64,000 bases of DNA from Thermoproteota archaeon (GTDB lineage Archaea > Korarchaeota > Korarchaeia > Korarchaeales > Korarchaeaceae). Both the position numbers and the translations under genes were made by a program. A model generated the notes under the pieces. The model was given only the letters and a program-made list of their open reading frames with translations. It had not been told where the DNA came from and made no database searches. The stretch spans positions 1 to 64,000 of the forward strand of contig JALSOH010000009.1 in assembly GCA_026986575.1 (NCBI GenBank), read 5' to 3'. Below are positions 29,482-39,060 of this stretch, one piece after another. Positions within the stretch are counted from its first letter, which is position 1; each line of letters begins with the position of its first letter.

Positions 29482-29586
29482 GCGGGCACGCTCCCTACGC
29501 CGGCATTACCCGGATCAGGTTCGAGGGGTCGGCGGCAGACTAGCCGCCCTCTCAGCCGGGTTCTCCCCAGCTCCCCCGGTGCCCGC
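29482..29586 (-). ncRNA. TPP (THI-box) riboswitch aptamer
   Basis: Minus strand: GCGGGCAC(P1)-CGGGGGAGCUG...GGCUGAGAGGGCGGC...GCCGCCGACCCCUCGAACCUGAUCCGGGUAAUGCCGGCGUAGGGAGC-GUGCCCGC(P1'). Conserved CUGAGA, ACCUGAU, GUAAU and GCGUAGGGA elements are present; located upstream of thiB. Confidence 0.95.
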
Positions 29587-29759
29587 CAGACCTTAAAGTC
29601 GGTAAACCTTGAAATATTTTACGCTCCACGCGGGCGCCATCCTGCTCCCGTCGGAGTATACAGCAAGGCCAGATTCCCACGATAACTTGCACGACCGAGA
29701 ATATCTTGGACCCCACATGCGGAGAAAACCCTTGTGAACCTTCCCCATGCGTGTTAAAG

Positions 29760-30200
29760 TCAATCTCCATACTCCCTAATGTGCTTAAGGGAGGGTTCCT
29801 TCCCTACCAGTTGCCGAACGACCCTCTCATCCGCTGTATATAGGATGGCCCCAAGCTTGCGGGCCAGCACCATGTAGTAGGCGTCGTACACAGTAAGACC
29901 CCTCTCTAAGGAATAATCCAGCGCCTTTCTCACGAGTTCCTCGTTCTCCTCTATCATCACCGGGGCGGACTCCACGAGGAGATCGAACACCTCCCTCATC
30001 TCCCTTTCTCCAATGATCCCCCTGACTCGGTACTTCCTCAACACATTCGCGAATTCAAGAACGGCGTATCGGGGTATGACTACCTCAACCCTCCCGTATA
30101 GATGGTCCTCCAGAAGGGCCTTTGCCTCCTCGTGGTAATCCTCCGGAATGAACCATTTCACCAAGATGTTGGAGTCGACAACGATTCTCTTTCCCTTCAT
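29760..30200 (-). CDS. PIN-domain (VapC) toxin
   Basis: VVDSNILVKWF...LEFANVL...TVYDAYY...LYTAD. Confidence 0.92.
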   Translation of the reverse strand: MKGKRIVVDSNILVKWFIPEDYHEEAKALLEDHLYGRVEVVIPRYAVLEFANVLRKYRVRGIIGEREMREVFDLLVESAPVMIEENEELVRKALDYSLERGLTVYDAYYMVLARKLGAILYTADERVVRQLVGKEPSLKHIREYGD

Positions 30201-30427
30201 CTGTCCTCCCTATCTTCTCTCACGAGTTCAACGGATAGATTACCCTCTACCCTCCCGATGGACCTCTCCAATTCCCTTAATCTCCTCATTATTCTCTCTG
30301 CCCTCTTTCTCCTGACTAAATCCTCTAGAAATTTCCTTATTTCCTCTGAATAGTTGATCTCCAACTTTTCCAGCTCCTCCTTAAGCTTCTTCGGGACCCT
30401 TACTCCTATCACTGCGCTCGTGTTCAC
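30197..30427 (-). CDS. RHH/CopG-type VapB antitoxin
   Basis: VIGVRVPKKLKEELEKLEINYSEEIRKFLE...SVELVREDRE. Confidence 0.88.
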   Translation of the reverse strand: MNTSAVIGVRVPKKLKEELEKLEINYSEEIRKFLEDLVRRKRAERIMRRLRELERSIGRVEGNLSVELVREDREDR

Positions 30428-30466
30428 ACCGGTTGTTAACTGTAAGTGTTAACATTTATTGTTTAC
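30421..30466. repeat. Four TGTTNAC boxes at an exact 13-bp period; candidate antitoxin operator
   Basis: TGTTCAC 30421, TGTTAAC 30434, TGTTAAC 30447, TGTTTAC 30460. Confidence 0.65.
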
Positions 30467-30579
30467 TAGTAGACTTGAACCAAGGGGAACGGTCGGCGAT
30501 CTATTCAGCTCATTAGACCTGGAGACGGAGATCTCCGTTGCTCGCGTGGAGGGCGAATGTGTCGATTCACCAAATCCCC

Positions 30580-31395
30580 TCAATTCATTAGGAGGAGAAC
30601 CACCAATCCGAGCGCGAAGCAGTAGTAAGCGAAGAGGTGAAACTCCCTCCTCCTGATCACCGCGAGCAGGGCCTTGATGGCGATCACCCCGACAGCGAAC
30701 GAGCTGACGAATCCCACGAGGTTTGCGGGCGCCATCACCTCTCTAAGTGGAGATCTTATAACCTCTAGAGTCAACGCTCCGGCTATAGCCGGGACGGACA
30801 ACAGGAAGGAGAATGTGACGGCCTCATCCCTCTTCAGGCCACTGATCATGCCGGCGGAAATCGTGCTACCGGACCTCGAGATCCCCGGGACTATCGCCGC
30901 GACTTGGGCGAGCCCCACGATCAGGGAGGTCCTCAGATCTAAGGATTTACCCTCCTTGGAGCGCTTGGTGGCGAGCAGGAGGAACCCCGTGATGAACAAG
31001 CCTATCCCCGCGATTTCGGGGTTGGAGAACATCGCCTCGACCGCATCGGCAAGCAGGAGACCAGCTAAAACGATCGGTACGGTGCCCACCAATGTGTACC
31101 AAGCGAGCCTCTCCTCAGGGGTAAGGGATCTGTGAGTGATAGTTGCTAGGGGTAAGGAGAGGAGACCCCTCACGAGTCCCAGCACCTCCGTCCTGAAGAC
31201 CACTATAACTGCTAGGAGGGTTCCCCCGTGCACCATGGCGTCGAAGAGCACGGACTCGTAGGATATCACCCTCTGAACTATGACTAGGTGTCCAGAGCTG
31301 CTCACTGGCAGCCACTCAGTCACTCCCTGCAGGGCACCGAGCAGCGCGGCCCATATTAGGTCCAGATGGATCCCCCGTCCGTCTGGAGATCTCAA
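30580..31395 (-). CDS. uppP: Undecaprenyl-diphosphate phosphatase (BacA/UppP)
   Basis: LQGVTEWLPVSSSGHL, PGISRSGSTI, FSFLLSVPAI. Confidence 0.93.
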   Translation of the reverse strand: MRSPDGRGIHLDLIWAALLGALQGVTEWLPVSSSGHLVIVQRVISYESVLFDAMVHGGTLLAVIVVFRTEVLGLVRGLLSLPLATITHRSLTPEERLAWYTLVGTVPIVLAGLLLADAVEAMFSNPEIAGIGLFITGFLLLATKRSKEGKSLDLRTSLIVGLAQVAAIVPGISRSGSTISAGMISGLKRDEAVTFSFLLSVPAIAGALTLEVIRSPLREVMAPANLVGFVSSFAVGVIAIKALLAVIRRREFHLFAYYCFALGLVVLLLMN

Positions 31396-31529
31396 CTTAA
31401 AACCCCGCCCGCTCTCGAACGTCGGTCAGCTAGGTCGTTCCTCGGGCTCACACATAAGTGGTCCTTTTGATTAACTGAAACATCATATATTAGCAAAGAT
31501 TTTTAAGATAAAACTGATCAACTTATCCG

Positions 31530-33776
31530 ATGAGGGGAAGAATATACGCTTACTCCCTCCTTTCCTTGACGTTCATGACGCTGATCCCACCCATTCCCGC
31601 CAACGCTGGATCGAGCACCCTTAAGATCACGGGAAGGGTGATCAGCGCCGCTATATCCTCCTCTAGGTACTTGGCCTACACAGACTTCTTGGGGTACGCT
31701 CACCTGCTATCTCCAGACGGAAGGGAACTCTGGAGGGTCAAAGTGACTAACGCGACGAAGTACGCCTATGTGGATATATCCGAGGACAGTAAGGTGGCCG
31801 TGCTCTCGGAGGAGAGGATTTCAGTCCTCTCTCCGGAGGGAAAGGTGATCTGGAGCAGGGAAAATCCCCACAAGGTGCACTGCTGGATGACCTATCCCAT
31901 CAAGATATCCCCCGATGGTCGCATCGTTGTCGTCGCTTGGGAGGGAGACAGGTACATAGCAGGCTTCTCCGGGAGTGACGGGAAGATCCTCTGGCAGAAG
32001 ATCCTGAAAAGCGTGGACGGAGCTTATCACTCCTCCAAGGGCAAGTACCTAGCTGTGCTGGAGGATTACGTTCTGACGGTGTTCAACACCACCACAGGTG
32101 AGAGGGACCCTCACTTCAAGGAGGTTTTCACCATGGAGCCCCTAGTGGACGACGAGGGATACTACGCGATCATAGAAATGAACACGGTGACCCTTTACTC
32201 CCCCTCAGGAGACGAGATCTGGTCCCAGAGCTTCCACGGCATAATATTCGGGGGAACCTTCCTCCCTGATCACAGGAGAATGGCCATCACGATACCCATG
32301 GGGAACGGTACTCAGGTTCTGATACTGAATGAAACTGGAAACACGGTTGAGGAGTTCAGAAAGCCGTTTTTCGTCAGGGGAATAAAGACATCGCCGGACG
32401 GGAGCCACATGATCCTATGGGGAGATTCCAGGGCCATGTACATTCTCGACAAGACGGTCAGGATGCTTGGAGACGAGGGAATGCTGATGGACCCTGGGAC
32501 TCAGGTCGATGATCTCCCCCACGACGAGGGGATCACGGTAGCTGTTGGCTCCGTTGGGAGAATTTCCGTCTACGACACCAGTGGGAGAAAGTGGTCCGTC
32601 CTCTTGCCCTACGGGCTCTTCGACTTTCCCGGATCGATTCGATTCTCATATTTGGGCGAGGTGGTGACGGCTTCCCTTATCAACGGTACCGTTCTGGTCC
32701 TTAACTCGACGGATGGATCAGTCGTCTGGAGGGTAGATAGGGAGGTCGCGTTCCCCGAGCGCGCATTCTCATCGGACGATGCTAGGTACCTCCTAGCCGT
32801 CTTCGACGATGACACGATTTTTGTCTACGAGAACTCGAACGGGAGCGCTGAAGCCCTCTTCGCTAAGTCATGCGACGAACCCTTGGCCCTTCCCTCACCC
32901 GACTGGCGGACGATAATCTTCACCTCCGGGAAGGAGGTATTTCTAACATCCCTGAGGGGCGAGATTAAGTGGAGGCTCGATCTGGACTCCTATCCGAACA
33001 TATTGGTCACCTTGCGCGATCGATACCTCCTGTCAACCGGTGAGAGGACAGCTTACCTGCTCTCCACAGGCGGCACCATTGTGAGGTCGCTCCGGATCGA
33101 TGGGAACCTCTCAAACTTCATCCCCATTGGGGAGAACGACGCACTACTACACATTTACAGGAGCGGTGGAACTGCCTTCGAGTTGATGCGAATGAACTTG
33201 TCGACGGGGGAGATCACTTGGTCCAAGAATTTCGATCTAAATCAGTACCCGGTTTGGTGGCGTGGACTGTGCGCGGGCAGGGAGGGAATATTGTTGGGAG
33301 ACATCACGGGCAGGGTGTACATGCTCGCTGATGACGGCTCCCTGAAGCAGGTCAGGGAGCTGGAAGGAGGCGTAGATGGCCTGTTCTGTGGACCGAAGGG
33401 ACCCGCTCTGGTCCTCCTGACGGTAGGGGAGATCGAGGTACGAGGAACAGGAGTGAAAGCTGAAGAGAGGGGAGTGTCCGGAGCAGTACCTCCAGGTTCA
33501 GGCACCGCGGTGCGGTCCACGCGGGTATCTGCGTCGGTGTCGGGGGAGCGGATATCTGCCGCTTTTGGGATCGTGGGTATCGTGCTACTGGTTTTCCTGC
33601 TGGGTACATGGCTGCGTCTGAGGTCAGCCTCCAAGTGGGGAGAGTTCCTGAGAGGAGTATCAGAGGCGGGTGGAAGGGCTGGCGATAGTAGAAGGGGGGT
33701 CAGTAGGAGGGGAACTCCACCCCCTTCTCCCTCAAGACCGCGTGAGCAGCGGCAAGCCTGGCCACGGGCACCCTGA
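31530..33776 (+). CDS. Secreted PQQ/WD40-like beta-propeller repeat protein with C-terminal TM anchor
   Basis: Signal peptide, repeated 'G..lW' and 'SPDG' blades, hydrophobic C-terminal helix. Confidence 0.8.
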   Translation: MRGRIYAYSLLSLTFMTLIPPIPANAGSSTLKITGRVISAAISSSRYLAYTDFLGYAHLLSPDGRELWRVKVTNATKYAYVDISEDSKVAVLSEERISVLSPEGKVIWSRENPHKVHCWMTYPIKISPDGRIVVVAWEGDRYIAGFSGSDGKILWQKILKSVDGAYHSSKGKYLAVLEDYVLTVFNTTTGERDPHFKEVFTMEPLVDDEGYYAIIEMNTVTLYSPSGDEIWSQSFHGIIFGGTFLPDHRRMAITIPMGNGTQVLILNETGNTVEEFRKPFFVRGIKTSPDGSHMILWGDSRAMYILDKTVRMLGDEGMLMDPGTQVDDLPHDEGITVAVGSVGRISVYDTSGRKWSVLLPYGLFDFPGSIRFSYLGEVVTASLINGTVLVLNSTDGSVVWRVDREVAFPERAFSSDDARYLLAVFDDDTIFVYENSNGSAEALFAKSCDEPLALPSPDWRTIIFTSGKEVFLTSLRGEIKWRLDLDSYPNILVTLRDRYLLSTGERTAYLLSTGGTIVRSLRIDGNLSNFIPIGENDALLHIYRSGGTAFELMRMNLSTGEITWSKNFDLNQYPVWWRGLCAGREGILLGDITGRVYMLADDGSLKQVRELEGGVDGLFCGPKGPALVLLTVGEIEVRGTGVKAEERGVSGAVPPGSGTAVRSTRVSASVSGERISAAFGIVGIVLLVFLLGTWLRLRSASKWGEFLRGVSEAGGRAGDSRRGVSRRGTPPPSPSRPREQRQAWPRAP

Positions 33777-36357
33777 AGGGGGAGGCGCTCACGTAGTCGA
33801 GGCCTATGCGGTGGCAGAACTCTATGCTCCTAGGATCTCCACCGTGCTCCCCGCATATGCCTATCTCCAAGTCGGGGTTGGCGGTCCTACCCTTCCCAAC
33901 GGCAATCCTCATAAGCTCGCCCACCCCGTCGAAATCGAGGGACTGGAAGACGTCGAAGTCCAGTATTCCCTTCTCCAAGTAGTCGTGCATGAACTTGTTC
34001 TCCACGTCGTCCCTGCTGAAGGTGAAGGTGCCTTGGGTCAGATCGTTGGTCCCGAAGCTGAAGAACTCGGCCTCCCTCGCTATCTTGTCAGCGGTGAGGC
34101 ACGCCCTGACAACCTCTATCATGGTGCCTATCGCGGCCTTAACACCCAACTCCTCCAGCACGGGCTCGATAGCGTGCTCCTTGACGTACCCTATCTCCCT
34201 GTAGTCACACACCTGAGGTATCATTATCTGAAGATGGAGGTCCTTGCCCTCCCTCCTCAGCTCTAGGTAAGCCTCAGCTATGGCTCTGGTCTGAGCCTCG
34301 TATATCTCGGGATTGGTTACGCCGAGCCTCACGCCCCTGTGTCCCATCATGGGGTTGGCCTCCTTCAGCTCCCTGACCCGCTTAAGCACGGCCTCCAGCC
34401 TCTCCACCTCGGCCTCATTCCCTCTGAGTTTAGCATCGCATATCCTCTCGAGGAGCTCCTCCGGGCTGGGAAGGAACTCGTGCAGTGGTGGGTCGAAGAG
34501 CCTCACAGTTACTTTCAACCCCTCCATCACCCTGAATATCTCTAGAAAGTCCCTCTTCAGGTGAGGGATGAGCTCTCTCAGGGCTTCCCTCCTCTCCCCC
34601 TCGTCCCTAGCCATTATCACGCGCTGGAATATCTCAAGTCTCTCCGGCTGTCTGAACATCCTCTCCGTCCTCAGCAGTCCAATGCCCTCGGCCCCGAACT
34701 CCCTAGCTATTTTCGCGTCCTCGGGCGTGTCGGCATTTGCCCTCACGCCCAGCCTCCTCACCTCATCAGCCCATCTGAGCAGCTCGAAGAACTCCTCGGG
34801 CAATTCACTCTTTGCAGTGGGTATCTCGCCCAAGTAGACGTTCCCAGTGAAGCCATCTATGGTTATGACATCCCCCTCCCTGACCACTAGATCGCCGACG
34901 CGGAACTCCCTCCTCTCCAGATCTATCTTTATGTCCTCAGCGCCCACCACAGCTGGCTTCCCTATCGCCCTAGCAACGACTGAGGCGTGACTGGTCATGC
35001 CTCCCCTGCTGGTGAGTATGCCCTGAGCCGCGTAGAAGCCGTGCACATCATCGGGCTTGGTCTCCTCCCTGACCAGTATCACCTTTTCGCCCCTCTCCGC
35101 CCATTCCACGGCCGTGTCGGCGTCAAAGACAACCCTTCCAGTGGCCGCTCCGGGCGAGGCGTTCAATCCCCTGGCTATTGGCTCGATACCCCTCTCCCTC
35201 ACGTACTTCTCATCTATTCTCGGGTATAGGAGTCCCATGATGTGTTCCGGTTTTACCCTAGCCAATGCCTCCTCCTTGGTGAGCAGGCCCTCCCTGACCA
35301 TAGCTACTGCGGTCCTCACCCTAGCGAGGGGCGTCATCTTGCCGTTCCTCGTCTGCAACAGGTACACCTTCCCCCTCTCGATGGTGAACTCTATGTCTTG
35401 GACCTCCTTCTTCACCCTCTCGAGCTTCTTCGCCATCTCGTACAGCTGCTGGTAGAGGTCCGGCCTTTCCCTCTTCAAGTCATCTATGCTCTTGGGGGTC
35501 CTAATGCCAGCGACGACGTCCTCGCCCTGGGCGTTGGGCAGGAACTCTCCGTACAGCACATCCTCACCGGTGGCCGGATCCCTGGTGAAGAGCACCCCCG
35601 TTCCTGAGTCCCAGCCCATGTTCCCGTACACCATGGCCACCACGTTCACGGCCGTTCCATCGGCTATATCCGGGGTGATCTTGTTGGCTTTCCTGTAGTA
35701 AACAGCCCTAGGGGAGTTCCATGACCTGAATACCGCCTCTATGGCCAGTTCGAGCTGCTTCCACGGGTCTTGGGGGAACCTATCGCCCAGCACTTCCTTG
35801 TATCTCCTCACCACCTCCTTCAGGTCCTCCGCCGTGAGTTCGGCATCTGTCTTTGCCCCTCTGAGGGCCTTCACCTCCTCCAAAATGTCGTCGAATACCT
35901 TGCGATCTATGCCGAGGACGGTCGTGCCGAACATCTGAAGGAAGCGCCTATACACGTCGTAGGCAAACCTCACATCCCCAGTCATCCTAGCCAAGGACTC
36001 CACTATCTCGTCATTGATTCCCAGGTTGAGTATGGTGTCCATCATCCCCGGCATCGACACGGGAGCGCCGCTCCTCACCGACACTAGGAGAGGGTTCGAG
36101 GGGTCGCCGAACCTCTTTCCCGTCTTGGACTCCAGCCACCTCATGGCCTCCCTTACCTGATCCATCAGGCCCTCCGGAAGCCTCTCGCCCCTTCTGTAGA
36201 ACTCCCTGCATGCCTCCGTTGTTATTGTGAATCCCGGAGGCACGGGGAGCCCTTGCTTGTACATGAGAACTAGTCCGGCGCCCTTACCACCCAGCAGCTT
36301 CCGGTTCTTGGGATCCGCCTCATCATACGTGTATACCAGCTTCTTCACAACATCCAC
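33700..36357 (-). CDS. ppdK: Pyruvate, phosphate dikinase
   Basis: LGGKGAGL, SVRSGAPVSMPGMMDTILNLG, GGMTSHA (phospho-His), FSFGTNDLTQ, GICGEHGGDP. Confidence 0.97.
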   Translation of the reverse strand: MDVVKKLVYTYDEADPKNRKLLGGKGAGLVLMYKQGLPVPPGFTITTEACREFYRRGERLPEGLMDQVREAMRWLESKTGKRFGDPSNPLLVSVRSGAPVSMPGMMDTILNLGINDEIVESLARMTGDVRFAYDVYRRFLQMFGTTVLGIDRKVFDDILEEVKALRGAKTDAELTAEDLKEVVRRYKEVLGDRFPQDPWKQLELAIEAVFRSWNSPRAVYYRKANKITPDIADGTAVNVVAMVYGNMGWDSGTGVLFTRDPATGEDVLYGEFLPNAQGEDVVAGIRTPKSIDDLKRERPDLYQQLYEMAKKLERVKKEVQDIEFTIERGKVYLLQTRNGKMTPLARVRTAVAMVREGLLTKEEALARVKPEHIMGLLYPRIDEKYVRERGIEPIARGLNASPGAATGRVVFDADTAVEWAERGEKVILVREETKPDDVHGFYAAQGILTSRGGMTSHASVVARAIGKPAVVGAEDIKIDLERREFRVGDLVVREGDVITIDGFTGNVYLGEIPTAKSELPEEFFELLRWADEVRRLGVRANADTPEDAKIAREFGAEGIGLLRTERMFRQPERLEIFQRVIMARDEGERREALRELIPHLKRDFLEIFRVMEGLKVTVRLFDPPLHEFLPSPEELLERICDAKLRGNEAEVERLEAVLKRVRELKEANPMMGHRGVRLGVTNPEIYEAQTRAIAEAYLELRREGKDLHLQIMIPQVCDYREIGYVKEHAIEPVLEELGVKAAIGTMIEVVRACLTADKIAREAEFFSFGTNDLTQGTFTFSRDDVENKFMHDYLEKGILDFDVFQSLDFDGVGELMRIAVGKGRTANPDLEIGICGEHGGDPRSIEFCHRIGLDYVSASPFRVPVARLAAAHAVLREKGVEFPSY

Positions 36358-36403
36358 CGGTAAATGGAGGGAAGAAGGAACTTTTATTCGTTCATGATGG
36401 GGG

Positions 36404-36679
36404 TCAGAACTTCTCTATCTTTGAGTAGAGCTCATCACCCTCGAGCGAGAGTGTCACGTAGTTCTTGGCACCCTTTACTATCTCCACGGGAACCCTCCCC
36501 TTGGCCCTAAACCCAAACTTGGAGCCGAGTTTCTTGGCGACGCTCCTCTCAAGACTGACTATCAGCCACCCGACCCTCCAATCATCGTCCAGCTCCAAGT
36601 CCTCTACCTCACCTATGAACTCGCCGTCTAGGGCCACGACCTTCTCTCCTATTATCTCCTTGGCCCTCATCTCCTTCAC
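36404..36679 (-). CDS. PRC-barrel domain protein
   Basis: IIGEKVVALDGEFIGEVEDLELD. Confidence 0.85.
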   Translation of the reverse strand: MKEMRAKEIIGEKVVALDGEFIGEVEDLELDDDWRVGWLIVSLERSVAKKLGSKFGFRAKGRVPVEIVKGAKNYVTLSLEGDELYSKIEKF

Positions 36680-36708
36680 CCGGTTCTGATCCCCTTAGAG
36701 GATATAAA

Positions 36709-37515
36709 TCATCCTTCTAGGAGACTGGGAGGTTTCAGGTCCTCCACTTTCCAGGCGTCTCGGGGCCTCATCCCCATTATTATTCCAGCGCTCTGATCCG
36801 ATAGGATGGGGAAGTACTCCACATCCTCGAAGAAGGCCCAGACCAAGGCGGACATGAGCGAGAGGTTCCACTGGTATACCCCGTACTCCACTGCCTCGCC
36901 CGTCTTGGGGGAGACCATGACCCTCCTCATGGATCCTCCCCTCGTGTCGTATCCCCTAAAGAGGCTCAGGGTGAGGTCACCGTCGAAGAAGAAAGGATAT
37001 ACTTCCCCGGAGGGATGCAGGTAGCCCTCCCAATACACCTGATCCAAGTGGTGTATCAGGATCGCCCCCTCCGGTTTCGTGATCTCCCTGATCGAGTTAA
37101 GGAGGAGGATCGTTCTCCAAGGATCGAAGTGAGGCATCGTCAACCCATAGACTAGGACCACATCCGCTCGCTCCACCAGCTCGTGGGCGAGGAAGGCATC
37201 CCCCTCTATCAGCTCCGGGATCTGCCCCAGCTCTTCCAGAACGAAATCCTTGGCCTTAGAGAGAGCATCCTCCCTCAAATCCAGTATAACAAGTTCAATC
37301 CCCTTTCCAGCCTCTTTAAGCACTTTACAAAGTGCCACCCCGCCTATCCCGACCCCTCCCATCAGATCTAGCACTTTGAATGAATCCCCTGAGAAGTAGG
37401 GATGCTTCACGACCTCCCTGAAGTACCCTATCGCCCTCTCGTATCTCTCCCTTCCAGGTCCCTCCGGATCTTCGGGCCATGGGAAGAGCGAGTAGAACCT
37501 CTTCATGTCCCCCAA
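36709..37515 (-). CDS. Class I SAM-dependent methyltransferase
   Basis: VLDLMGGVGIGG, ILDLR, GDA, YGLTMPHFDPW. Confidence 0.85.
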   Translation of the reverse strand: MGDMKRFYSLFPWPEDPEGPGRERYERAIGYFREVVKHPYFSGDSFKVLDLMGGVGIGGVALCKVLKEAGKGIELVILDLREDALSKAKDFVLEELGQIPELIEGDAFLAHELVERADVVLVYGLTMPHFDPWRTILLLNSIREITKPEGAILIHHLDQVYWEGYLHPSGEVYPFFFDGDLTLSLFRGYDTRGGSMRRVMVSPKTGEAVEYGVYQWNLSLMSALVWAFFEDVEYFPILSDQSAGIIMGMRPRDAWKVEDLKPPSLLEG

Positions 37516-37519
37516 GGTA

Positions 37520-38323
37520 TCACCTCAGCATTGATGGGAGCTCCAAGTCCTCGGGTCTGAGCTTCCTCCTCGGTCGCCTCGCCAGCAGGATGAACCTCCT
37601 ATAATCTAGGGAATGTAAGTCCACCTCCTTGAAGAAGAGCCACATCAGGGACAGGAAGTCCGCGACTCCCCAGAAGTAGACCTCGAGCTCGGCAATCTCT
37701 CCTCTAAGTAGAGAGAAGTGAGCCCGCCTGAATGTCCCCCTCTTGAAGTCGTATCCCTTGTGCATGCTCAGGATGGGCTCATCTCCCTTGAACTCAGCCA
37801 TTACATCCTTGTATCCGGTCATGTAGAACACCCAGTACCTCCTGTCCGCCTCCTCGACCAACAGGACCCCATCGTCCTTCAGTGACTCGCTTATGGAAGC
37901 TAGGAGGAGACTCGCCCTCCAGGGATCGAAATGTGGGGTAGAGAGCCCGTACATCAGGACCAGATCAAGGTCCTTCAACACCTCGTGGACTCTCGTGGCG
38001 TCGTGGACTAGGATCTCGCCCTCCTCGCCCAGCTCCTCCCTTGAGAACCGTCTAGCTACCTCCAGCGCCTTCTCCCTCAGGTCCAATAGGTACAGCCTCA
38101 CCCTCCTATCCAGAGACTTGGAAAGGGCCACCCCTCCTATCCCCTCACCGCTCAGTATGTCCAGTATGCGGGGCTCTTCAGGTAGCTCGCTCAGGAATGG
38201 ATGATTCTTGAGCTCTGAGAACTCTTTCAAAGCCCTCTCGTACCTCTCCCTCCCCTCAGGCGTATACGGATCCCCGTGCCATGGTAGGAGGGAATATACA
38301 CCGTCAAGTTCCGATCCCTTCAG
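37520..38323 (-). CDS. Class I SAM-dependent methyltransferase (tandem paralog), probable CTG start
   Basis: ILDILSGEGIGG, YGLSTPHFDPW. The frame stays open upstream of TTG 38230 and encodes YSLLPW...GRERYERA, homologous to the paralog N-terminus. GGTGA RBS 4 nt before CTG at 38323. Confidence 0.8.
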   Translation of the reverse strand: MKGSELDGVYSLLPWHGDPYTPEGRERYERALKEFSELKNHPFLSELPEEPRILDILSGEGIGGVALSKSLDRRVRLYLLDLREKALEVARRFSREELGEEGEILVHDATRVHEVLKDLDLVLMYGLSTPHFDPWRASLLLASISESLKDDGVLLVEEADRRYWVFYMTGYKDVMAEFKGDEPILSMHKGYDFKRGTFRRAHFSLLRGEIAELEVYFWGVADFLSLMWLFFKEVDLHSLDYRRFILLARRPRRKLRPEDLELPSMLR

Positions 38324-38409
38324 GAGATCACCCTTACAACCCGACCGTCACAGACTAAAACTTTCTTCATGGAGGGTGGACGCAGGCACAGAAAAATAGG
38401 GAGATGAGC

Positions 38410-38967
38410 TCAACCCTTTAACATCTTGATGAACTCTCTCATCCAAGCAGGCAGGTCCGGCCACGCTCTGGCGGTTACGAGGTTCTCGTGGACGACCACC
38501 TCCTGATCGACGTACTCAGCCCCATGGGCCTTGACGTCGGGGCTCACGGCCACATATGATGTCATCTTCATACCCGGACTTATCAACTTGTATCCAGTTA
38601 GGAGGAGTGGGCCGTGGCATATCGCAGCGATAGGCTTCTTGGCCTCCATGAAGTGCCTGACGATCCTCTCCAAGTCAGGATTCAGCCTGATGTACTCAGG
38701 CGCCCTGCCTCCAGGTATGACAAGCCCGTCGTACTCCTCTGGGTTCACCTCCTTGAACTCCTTGTCCACCCATCCGAACCTGTATCCGGGCTTCTCGGTG
38801 TAGGTCTCCCAGCCGGGCTCGAAGTCATGAACGACGGTCATCAGGGTTTTCTTGGTTGGGGCCGCAACGTGGACCTCGAATCCCTCCTCCTTGAGGCGCC
38901 AGTATGGGTAAAAAAGCTCTTGGGCCTCCACAGCATCCCCGGCTACAATAAGGACCTTCTTGGTCAT
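38410..38967 (-). CDS. DJ-1/PfpI family protein
   Basis: EAQELFYP, PGGRAPEY, AICHGP, TARAWPD. Confidence 0.92.
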   Translation of the reverse strand: MTKKVLIVAGDAVEAQELFYPYWRLKEEGFEVHVAAPTKKTLMTVVHDFEPGWETYTEKPGYRFGWVDKEFKEVNPEEYDGLVIPGGRAPEYIRLNPDLERIVRHFMEAKKPIAAICHGPLLLTGYKLISPGMKMTSYVAVSPDVKAHGAEYVDQEVVVHENLVTARAWPDLPAWMREFIKMLKG

Positions 38968-39060
38968 GTGGTCACCTAATTATCAAGGAATCGAGGGAGA
39001 GATAACGATTTCCCCACTATAGTAAAAATTTTGAGGGAAAGCTCTGAAATACTGCGACTA

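Noticed and set aside
29430-29489. N-terminal extension of ThiB (MPAAAPYAGG...)
   Set aside because: It lies within the riboswitch P1 and expression platform; ATG 29429 gives a normal signal-anchor.
33670-36211. Multiple plus-strand and alternative-frame ORFs over ppdK
   Set aside because: Shadows of a highly conserved gene; the same applies to the shadows over thiQ, ilvD and the S9 peptidase.
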